Virus record (IMG/VR): IMGVR_UViG_3300030372_003469
Coordinates: 1 to 24,136 of that record
DNA: 24,136 bases
Origin: a virus
Lineage: Duplodnaviria > Caudoviricetes
Direction: 5' to 3' (one strand)
The position numbers were made by a program, and so were the translations under genes. Every line of letters starts with the position of its first letter. The stretch's first letter is position 1. Positions 17,401 through 24,136 of this stretch are shown one piece after another. Below the pieces are notes generated by a model. That model did no database searches, was not told the origin of the DNA, and worked only from the letters and a program-made list of their open reading frames with translations.

Positions 17401-17632
17401 CGCTACCGATGCTTTATCTGGAACAGCGTCCACAGGAGCGTTTTTAGAAGGAACAGGGCCTTTACCTACTCACACAACTGGTACAGATAAAATATATATA
17501 AAAATAGATGGTATTTTAGTTCCTTTAGATACGGGTGAAAAATTTAGAACAATGTCAACTATTTCTGGAACATCTGAAGGCTCATTTAAAACAGACTCAG
17601 AAGGTATAGTTATAGCAACTGCTAGTAACTAA
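14477..17632 (+). CDS. Tail stabilization/nozzle-type protein with C-terminal cadherin/Ig-like extensions
   Basis: 1051 aa. N-terminal FLQGKMNKDIDARLLPNGEYRTAQNI, LLFFTDNFNQPRRI, FSYRFRYIDGEYS and GNRIVYGNY are typical of this phage family. Confidence 0.7.
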   Translation: MAEDKKAFLQGKMNKDIDARLLPNGEYRTAQNIQVSTSEAQDVGTIQNLKGNTLIKLFPDINSTYGILAANLETIGCHFDEANDRAFYFITNYTCADSNKPGLVGGADGPTLASVANTTSRTDLFCAILLFTESEGIKVLCQGLFLNFSKTHEITGVNILNDLLFFTDNFNQPRRISITRALADSTFYDDEQKISVAKFAPVFPLRLLDQENNSTMSTDDSIDSDFLENQFVRFSYRFRYIDGEYSVMAPFTQAVFIPEIYEKTSTGFTIAEVKAIFQTGEVEGMVNCINKVVFKLQMPTASITAFSDYQIKEIQLLCKVDGDLPVRVLDVISSSTSLIDSSGVINYTYESSEPFKTLPQNQITRVFDNVPLKAQSQEVIGNRIVYGNYFEKRDLSESELDFEVNTATKNSSDSSSSDFLHNEYKYHSVKQRRKYQVGIVLSDIFGRQSPVLLPRETSSKTSLQRSSVFVPPKKHSLFDSSVWADYADNSTNTTNWGDVLRIRFDDIIGNAYSATNLYGWYSYRVVVQQQEQEYYNVYTSGAYISGNYGFIAIEGDNVNKVPRDVTDIKEEEGVVGSEVKLYPKIINYNTDEPIIGQYNPNNGSINVTGPLMSVISIGNKDEHNFSATIPGGFSPFLISEDSKVLLAKINITDQPDFPTSTTQGGLAVFETEPFDSKIDIFFETSTSGLVNDLNTVIAASQTGLDNIEIEIQSTGGRSGLTEGSLIGDVIGKIVASNSAGQQAATITLLSVEARTDDTDFETVNDYFEIDSTTSAGDHFIKTKRLFWFIGDGLRFKFNVLAEFGGASLQRSITTYALEPGDQIEQPIKVKNEFPAFTNNGNVVNGTELPLVSISQTTGQNVLITQVSGVNGTADTNNNTENLTFEITSQQTNNEDVTNFTINRDTGEISTTNFADLEPQTTYNTTVAVFETWANIDTSQPPEVNENPYAVVNLDIRTDTGTSLVEFFMSSVEYSSATDALSGTASTGAFLEGTGPLPTHTTGTDKIYIKIDGILVPLDTGEKFRTMSTISGTSEGSFKTDSEGIVIATASN

Positions 17633-17663
17633 AAAACTTAAACAAACGCGTAATAATATTATT

Positions 17664-19076
17664 ATGGCATATACATTAGAAATATCCTATTTTAACTCTA
17701 TAATACTGAAGCCAAGAACAGGTATTGTAACATTTAATGCTAGTGACCTTACGGCATCTCCAACAATAGCGCTTGATGGAAACGAGGTTACTCAAGTGTC
17801 AAACTGGCATATAGAAGAATCTAGAATAAAAGGTGGTTTTAATGAAGATTCTATGGGATATGGCGTAAAAGCTTATGTAACTGACGAGAATTATAATTTA
17901 AATCATAGACCTAATGCTATGATATATTCTGGATTATTTAACTCTAGAACAGACGTAAACCAAACAAATGAATTTAATTCATCAGAACCAATAACTAGAG
18001 CTGTTGATGCAGCTGATGGAAGTATTCAAAAACTATATGCTGAAGATACTAACTTAATTATATTTCAAGAAAATAAAGTAAGCTCTGCACTTATTGATAA
18101 AGATGCTGTATTTACAGCAGAGGGGTTGGGTTTAACAACTACGGGTATTAAAGTAATTGGTCAAATAGTTCCATATTTAGGAGAATACGGAATAAGTAAA
18201 AATCCAGAAAGCTTTGCTGTTCATGGGTTTAGAAAATATTTTACAGATAAAGATAGAGGTGTTGCACTTAGATTATCAAGAGACGGTATAACAGAAATAT
18301 CTTCTTATGGTATGCGTAGCTTTTTCAGAGATGAATTAAAAAACGCTACCAAAGCTTACGGAATGTTTGATATTCATACAAAAAGCTATGTGTTAAGTTT
18401 ACAAGGTAACACAACGTCAGAGTATAACAAGCAAACATATTCATCTGATTCTTTTGGAACAACAGTGATTTCTCCTACTACTGATTATAAAACTTTATCT
18501 TTTGACGATAGAGTAAATGGTTGGTCTTCGTTTTATACTTATAAACCTAGATTTGGTGGTAGTTTAGCAAACAAGTTTTATACTTGGAATAATTCTGAAC
18601 TTTACGAGCATCATTCTAATGATAGCAAAAATACTTTTTATGGTATTTTCAACCCTAGCACAATAACAATAGTTAGTAATCAAAACCCTTCTTTAGTAAA
18701 ACATTACAAATCAGTAAACTATGAAGGAACAAAAAACTGGAAAGTAATAGAATTATTTTCACCAGCAGATGATGATAATAACTATAATGCTTATCCTATA
18801 CCTGGAAATATAACAGGTAGATATTTTGACTCATTTGACGGATCTTTAAAATATGCAGGATTTACGCCTTTAGAAAAGAAATATTACGGTCAAATACAAA
18901 TTAATGATACTAGTTCAGTTTCTGGTATTAGTTCATTAAATACAACAGGTGTTAAAGGATTTTTTACAGAAGTAACATTAGAACATGAACCTGTAGATAA
19001 TAATAAAACATTAAATATAACAAAGCATGCTGAACTATTTTCAGTAGGCTTTAATTACGAACAATCTTTATATTAA
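17664..19076 (+). CDS. Second tail stabilization/nozzle-type (beta-propeller-like) protein
   Basis: 470 aa with GSIQKL, GEYGISKNPESFA, YFTDKDRGVALRLSRDGITEISSYGM and GWSSFYTY motifs. Confidence 0.7.
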   Translation: MAYTLEISYFNSIILKPRTGIVTFNASDLTASPTIALDGNEVTQVSNWHIEESRIKGGFNEDSMGYGVKAYVTDENYNLNHRPNAMIYSGLFNSRTDVNQTNEFNSSEPITRAVDAADGSIQKLYAEDTNLIIFQENKVSSALIDKDAVFTAEGLGLTTTGIKVIGQIVPYLGEYGISKNPESFAVHGFRKYFTDKDRGVALRLSRDGITEISSYGMRSFFRDELKNATKAYGMFDIHTKSYVLSLQGNTTSEYNKQTYSSDSFGTTVISPTTDYKTLSFDDRVNGWSSFYTYKPRFGGSLANKFYTWNNSELYEHHSNDSKNTFYGIFNPSTITIVSNQNPSLVKHYKSVNYEGTKNWKVIELFSPADDDNNYNAYPIPGNITGRYFDSFDGSLKYAGFTPLEKKYYGQIQINDTSSVSGISSLNTTGVKGFFTEVTLEHEPVDNNKTLNITKHAELFSVGFNYEQSLY

Positions 19077-19082
19077 TAAATT

Positions 19083-19922
19083 ATGAGCAACGGATCAAGC
19101 GGCGGTGGAGGCGGCCTTATAGGCGCTGGAGTTCAAATATTAGGCGGAATTGGTAGCGCTATATTTGGAGGAGCTGCAAGAAGAAGAGCAAGACGAAGAC
19201 GCAGAGCTTTAGAAAGACAGCTTAATCAACTAGAACAAAATAGACAAGATATTATAAATCCATACGCAAACATTTCGGATTTATCAGGTCAATTGTCAAA
19301 CCCATTTGCAAACCTACAAGTTGCAACGGAAGCAGCAGAAATGCAAGCACAACAGACAGATATTTCTTTAGCAAGCTCTTTAGATACACTGAGAGCGACC
19401 GGCGCAGGAGCAGGCGGTGCTACAGCATTGGCTCAAGCGGCTTTAAGTTCTAAACAAGGTATTGCAGCTAGTATTGCACAACAAGAAGCTCAAAACGCAA
19501 GACTTAGAGCACAAGGTCAACAACAATTAGAAATGGCCAGAATGAGAGAGCAACAAAGAATTCAACAGTTAGAGGCCGCTGGAAAACAATTTGTATTTGG
19601 AGCAAGAGAAGCTAGAGAAATGCAAAGACTAGATAGAGTAGCTGGTCAATTAGGTGCTGCACAGCAACAAGAAGCGGCAGGTCAAAGTGCTTTAATGGGC
19701 GGTATTGGGCAAGCGATTGGTGGAATTGGAAGCTTTGCTATGGCCGGAGGATTTGGTAGTAGTAATAACAATCAAAACGTAAATGCAAATACATTTAATG
19801 TACTCTCCGGTTTATATGGAAATGCTAATCAAAATAGTGGTAATAGATTTTTTGGTAATCAATACACTGGTCCATTTGTAAGCGAAAATACAGTAATGCC
19901 TACATTTGGTACTGGCGATTAA
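19083..19922 (+). CDS. Putative ejection (DNA pilot)/internal virion protein
   Basis: 279 aa. Gly-rich hydrophobic segments near both ends, A/Q-rich coiled coil between them, first gene after the tail genes. Confidence 0.6.
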   Translation: MSNGSSGGGGGLIGAGVQILGGIGSAIFGGAARRRARRRRRALERQLNQLEQNRQDIINPYANISDLSGQLSNPFANLQVATEAAEMQAQQTDISLASSLDTLRATGAGAGGATALAQAALSSKQGIAASIAQQEAQNARLRAQGQQQLEMARMREQQRIQQLEAAGKQFVFGAREAREMQRLDRVAGQLGAAQQQEAAGQSALMGGIGQAIGGIGSFAMAGGFGSSNNNQNVNANTFNVLSGLYGNANQNSGNRFFGNQYTGPFVSENTVMPTFGTGD

Positions 19923-19933
19923 TTAAATAAGAT

Positions 19934-21514
19934 ATGGCAATAGAAACAACAAGAAGATCATCATATACTTCTCCTGTAGAAGCAATACCAGATTATGGTG
20001 CTTTTAGTAGAGGTTTTGCGCGAGGCATTCAGCCCGGTTTAGACTTTTTAAAACAAAAAGAAGAGCGAGAAGCAATTGATAAAAAAAGACAGGAGCTTTT
20101 AGGTCAAAAAAAATTAGAAGCATTTGACTCTATAAAACTTTTTAACCAGCTAGATACAAAAGCTACTGATATGATAGATTGGGATCCAAACTATTATACT
20201 CAGCAAAGATTAGTTAATGTTTTAAAATCAAGAAGAAGCGATTTTGTAAATGCTATTGCAGCAGGTGACGAAGAATTGCAAAAGAAAATATTGTCTGAAG
20301 TTTCTGTAATGAGTATTGGTTCAAATAATTTTAATAAATTATTACAAAAAGCAACAGAGGAGGGTTATGATTTAGACGCTAGCAACACTACCGTATCTCA
20401 AATACAAGTTGATGGTAAATTGCAAAATGTTACTTTACAAGACTTAGCAAGATTAAATAAACAAAACCCAGAAGCTTTTGATTACAATGTTAAAGAAGGG
20501 AAGTATGGTAATCAATCTTTATTTTTAGATGTTAACTATAACGGGCAGCAAGTTAGTTTAAATTTATCTGAATTATCTGATGCTAGAATAGAAGATATGT
20601 TTGCTTTAAATGCAGATATTCCAAGCTTAACTAACCAATATAATAAAGAAAATAAAGTTTCCCCTATAGAATCAAAATCTATAGAAACAAAAATAGAAAA
20701 CGGAAAATTAGTAACAAACACAGTCAATAGATTAGCCGGTGTATCTGAAGAGGCTTATGAAATAGCTGCTAATAATTTTGCTACAGCAACAGTTACTGCT
20801 TCTAGTTTTGCAGAGTTAAAACCTTCTTTATTAAGACAAGCTTTAGAGCAGGAAGATATGCAGGGATATTTCAATTTTAAAGACTCAGAAGGTAAAGTAA
20901 GTAACTTGAAAGACATGTTGGCTTATCTACAAACTGAAGACGGTATAAAAGATTATGCTGAAGAAAAAAATCTTACTGAAGATCAAGCTAGAAAAAAAAT
21001 AAGTGATGATGTTGACAATTTATTAAAAAAATCTTTAGTTAACATTTATTTATCAAGAACTGGTAGACACTCATTTAATAAAAAAACAGGTAAATACGAG
21101 CCAAAAGCAATTCTTAACAGTGTTCAAAAACCTATAAACGAAATAACTGTAGACGAATTTCAAGGACTATATAATTCAGTGTCTAATGAGTTAGATAAAA
21201 ATCCTAAATCATTTATAGATAGCGATTATCAATTAGGTGAAAAAACGGGGACAATAAGAAACATTGAAATAATTACTAGAGAAGGAACAGGAAAAGCGGA
21301 TACAAATGTAAATAAAATTAGAGTTTATCCCGTTAGATTAGTTTCAGGTAAAGAAGTAAAAATGGATCCAATAATAATAGACTTAGATAACATAACTGAA
21401 AGAAGAAATTTTATAATAAATACTTTTGGAAAAATTCCTAGTGATTTAAGAAGTTCTTTATTAAAACAAGGAATAAAAGCTCCTTTACCTATATTCAACC
21501 AAGAAAAAAATTAA
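19934..21514 (+). CDS. Putative internal virion protein
   Basis: 526 aa, hydrophilic and helical, lying between the pilot-like gene and the large gene. Confidence 0.55.
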   Translation: MAIETTRRSSYTSPVEAIPDYGAFSRGFARGIQPGLDFLKQKEEREAIDKKRQELLGQKKLEAFDSIKLFNQLDTKATDMIDWDPNYYTQQRLVNVLKSRRSDFVNAIAAGDEELQKKILSEVSVMSIGSNNFNKLLQKATEEGYDLDASNTTVSQIQVDGKLQNVTLQDLARLNKQNPEAFDYNVKEGKYGNQSLFLDVNYNGQQVSLNLSELSDARIEDMFALNADIPSLTNQYNKENKVSPIESKSIETKIENGKLVTNTVNRLAGVSEEAYEIAANNFATATVTASSFAELKPSLLRQALEQEDMQGYFNFKDSEGKVSNLKDMLAYLQTEDGIKDYAEEKNLTEDQARKKISDDVDNLLKKSLVNIYLSRTGRHSFNKKTGKYEPKAILNSVQKPINEITVDEFQGLYNSVSNELDKNPKSFIDSDYQLGEKTGTIRNIEIITREGTGKADTNVNKIRVYPVRLVSGKEVKMDPIIIDLDNITERRNFIINTFGKIPSDLRSSLLKQGIKAPLPIFNQEKN

Positions 21515-21530
21515 GAAAAAATTTAATAGC

Positions 21531-24136
21531 ATGTATAACTATAAAGGTATTAATTATACTATAGATCAAATTAACCAGGCAGCAGAGGAATCAAATCTTT
21601 CGGTTGATGATTATATAAAAAAACTTAAAGAATCTGATCCAGACCCTAAACAAAAGATTTCAGATGCAGACTTGCTTGATCCAACAACTTTTCAAACAGG
21701 TGCTCCAGCGGGTGTGGGTGTAGCACCGGACCCAACTGCAGCACCAAAAGATACGGAATTAGTTTCGGAAGATATTTCTTTGGAATCACAAGAAAAAATT
21801 GATATACCTACTAGCAAAGATATAAAATATAAAACGCCTTTAACTGTTGATCAAAAAAGTAAGCTACCTTATAGAGTTGCTCAACAATTGATTAAAGAAA
21901 ATAATTTTACTCTTGAAAGAGTAAAAGAAGTTGATCCTACTTATAAACAAGCTGATGTAACATTTAAAGAAATTCAAGAAAATATAAAAAATTTTCCTCA
22001 AAAAGAAATAGACAAAACTTTTTATGATTTATATTTCAAACTTGATGATATACCTGTAATTAGCGAAGAAAGAGGCGGTAGGCTGGAGGATTTTAGAGTT
22101 ACGAAAACATTTATGCCAATAGAGCAATATTTAGGCAAAGAAAAATATGAGCAATATTTACAAATTGAAAGAGGTGAAGAAATAAAGCCGTATTCTATTG
22201 AAAACGCTAAACAAATTACTAAAATAAAACAATTTGAAGCACCTAATAAGGCAAAAGATAAATATTTAAAACTTTATTTACGAAATGTTCCTGAAGATGT
22301 TCAAGAAAAAATAGAAATAAAATATGCTAAAAACTACCCTAGCTTAGAAGATGCTAATTATTCTTTAGATTGGTATTCAAATGAAGTAGAAAAAGGTATA
22401 GAAGATTATAATAATTCTTATGATACTTATCTAAAAAACATGAAGCCTACTCTTGATAGGTTAGATGTAATAAAAAATACTATATCTAAAATAACAGAAG
22501 GTACTATGAAACCTTCCGAAAAATTATCAGAAGAACAATTAAATAATTTTAAAAATTTAGCAACAGAATATAATAATCTTTATGAAAAATATAAATCAGG
22601 TGATTTTGGAGATTATATAGATGGATTAAATAAACAAAAAGATCTTATTAATTTTAATATAGAAGAATTAAAAAATAAAAGCCAAGATTTAAATAATAGA
22701 GAAATAATAGAAAAAGCTATTGGTTTAGACTATAGTTTTTCTACTAGATTATCTATGGCAATGGAAGATTTTTTTGTTAAAGGAGCTATAAACACAGGGT
22801 CTTTATCTTCTCAATTATTATTAACAGCTAAAAAATATGTTTCAAACCCTAATTTTTATCCAATATTTGATAAAGCAATAAACACTATAAAAGAAAATAC
22901 AATAAATTATAATGCTAGACTAGCTGAAAAAAGAGAAACTACTATACCAGAAGCTTTAAAACTTGAAGATATTGGGAAAGCTGGTGTAGGTATTTTTGAT
23001 TGGGTTAATGAAGCTTTCGCAGAAAATAGCCCTTCTATAGTAACTACTGTTATCCCAGGTGGTGCGGCTCTTACTGCTAATAGAAAGCTTATGCTAGCAG
23101 GAATGAGAACGGCTCAAGGAATATTTTTTGCAACAGAAACCGGTAGTAAATATGGGGACTTAGAACTTGAAGAAAAAAATGCTAAAGAAAAAATAATATT
23201 ATTAAAAGCTGAATTATCAAAAACTGAAGATTTAAATAGAAAATTAGAAATACAAGAAGATATAAATCATTTAGAAAAAATTAGTAACTATAGTTTTGCA
23301 CAAAAAGCTTTTACATCTTATGCTTACGGTGGTACCGCTACTTTTTTCGAAAGTGTGGGGTCTTTAAAATTTGTACAAGGAACAGCAAAATTAGCAAAAG
23401 ATTTTGGAAAGCAACAATTTAAAAAAGAATTTTACGAAAAAGGATTTAATTTTACTAAAAACACAGTGGGTAAAACATTGTCAGGTTTACCTAAATTAGC
23501 TTTTGATGCTACCGCTATAAATACAATAGAAGAAACTTTAACTTTAGGTGGGCAAAACGCTTTTGATATTATTGTTTTAGATGATAATAAAAGTATTTTT
23601 GACGGTATTGATAAAGACTTTTTTGCCAACAATGTAGTTGCTACTTTTGGAATGTTTTCTCCAAGAGCAGGGGGTAATATAGTTAATATAATTAAAAATG
23701 AATTTAAAACTAAAAGCGAGGTTGATAATGTTAATAAAAGAGTTATTGAATTAGTAAACCTTAGAGAATCTATGCCTAATCTTTCCGGTAGAGAGTTACA
23801 AGAAGCTAAAGTTAGGAAAAATGAACTAATAGAACAGCTAGCGTTAGATGATGCTTTGTCTTATCAAAAATTAACAGCTTTAAACCAAAATCAAATATTA
23901 GAAGCGGCTGATTTGTCAAGACAAATGAGACAAGTTTTAAAAAGAGCACAGACTATTGGTGTTACTGGGGATTTATCAAAATCTGGTAAAAAGTCAAGAA
24001 AAGATCTTGAAGATCAATATGTTGCTTTAAATAAAAGAAGAACTGAAATTTTAAATACTAAAAAATCTAAAATTAATGAAGATGTTAAAAAGCTACAGGA
24101 AGAACTAGGTGGTGAATTTGTAAACACAAATCCAGC
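21531..24136 (+). CDS. Large putative internal virion protein, 3'-truncated (at least 868 aa; absent from the ORF track)
   Basis: ATG at 21531 (MYNYKGINYTIDQINQAAEESNLSVDDYIKKLKE...). The frame reads open in the segments I translated, including the window end, and no terminated ORF is listed here in the track. Confidence 0.85.
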   Translation, partial: MYNYKGINYTIDQINQAAEESNLSVDDYIKKLKESDPDPKQKISDADLLDPTTFQTGAPAGVGVAPDPTAAPKDTELVSEDISLESQEKIDIPTSKDIKYKTPLTVDQKSKLPYRVAQQLIKENNFTLERVKEVDPTYKQADVTFKEIQENIKNFPQKEIDKTFYDLYFKLDDIPVISEERGGRLEDFRVTKTFMPIEQYLGKEKYEQYLQIERGEEIKPYSIENAKQITKIKQFEAPNKAKDKYLKLYLRNVPEDVQEKIEIKYAKNYPSLEDANYSLDWYSNEVEKGIEDYNNSYDTYLKNMKPTLDRLDVIKNTISKITEGTMKPSEKLSEEQLNNFKNLATEYNNLYEKYKSGDFGDYIDGLNKQKDLINFNIEELKNKSQDLNNREIIEKAIGLDYSFSTRLSMAMEDFFVKGAINTGSLSSQLLLTAKKYVSNPNFYPIFDKAINTIKENTINYNARLAEKRETTIPEALKLEDIGKAGVGIFDWVNEAFAENSPSIVTTVIPGGAALTANRKLMLAGMRTAQGIFFATETGSKYGDLELEEKNAKEKIILLKAELSKTEDLNRKLEIQEDINHLEKISNYSFAQKAFTSYAYGGTATFFESVGSLKFVQGTAKLAKDFGKQQFKKEFYEKGFNFTKNTVGKTLSGLPKLAFDATAINTIEETLTLGGQNAFDIIVLDDNKSIFDGIDKDFFANNVVATFGMFSPRAGGNIVNIIKNEFKTKSEVDNVNKRVIELVNLRESMPNLSGRELQEAKVRKNELIEQLALDDALSYQKLTALNQNQILEAADLSRQMRQVLKRAQTIGVTGDLSKSGKKSRKDLEDQYVALNKRRTEILNTKKSKINEDVKKLQEELGGEFVNTNP

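Noticed and set aside
21664-21723. +1-frame mini-ORF MQTCLIQQLFKQVLQRVWV in the large gene
   Set aside because: Only 19 aa. The -1 frame plus RNA structure explains the GC island better.
402-23632. All minus-strand ORFs in the track (e.g. 402-683, 3692-4015, 8868-9110, 9409-9690, 16237-16596, 23432-23632)
   Set aside because: They are short antisense shadows of long + strand genes with Ser/Phe/Leu-rich composition and no supporting leaders or motifs.
1-24136. Stop-codon reassignment as in some crAss-like phages
   Set aside because: All long genes are intact under the standard bacterial code and coding density is near complete.
1-24136. tRNA/rRNA genes, integrase, transposase, endolysin
   Set aside because: None recognisable. 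Intergenic gaps are too short and AT-rich for tRNAs.

Overview
AT-rich, single-orientation (+ strand) virion morphogenesis region of a tailed dsDNA phage, most consistent with a podovirus-like phage of Bacteroidota/Flavobacteriia. That host call is an inference from the A-rich, mostly Shine-Dalgarno-less start contexts and from protein motifs. Gene order: 5'-truncated repeat-rich tail fibre with a C-terminal S74 chaperone, small ORFs, holin, tandem GroES-like protein, putative terminase small subunit, terminase large subunit, portal, scaffold, major capsid protein, head/neck proteins, two tail stabilization-type proteins, ejection/internal virion proteins, and a 3'-truncated large protein that the ORF track missed. 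The most unusual signal is a hidden second coding layer in local GC-rich islands. (i) A lipoprotein-like ORF and a 55-aa ORF are overprinted in the +1 frame of terL. (ii) A 38-aa basic MPFKSKAQ peptide is overprinted in the +1 frame of the scaffold gene. (iii) A candidate -1 frameshift cassette (T-run, 6-nt spacer, hairpin/pseudoknot) near the start of the last gene would give a Cys-rich 90-aa isoform. An exact 21-nt element precedes two genes, and a recurrent (G)YGTAAT motif may be a late promoter. All product names come from motif recognition and synteny, not from database searches.
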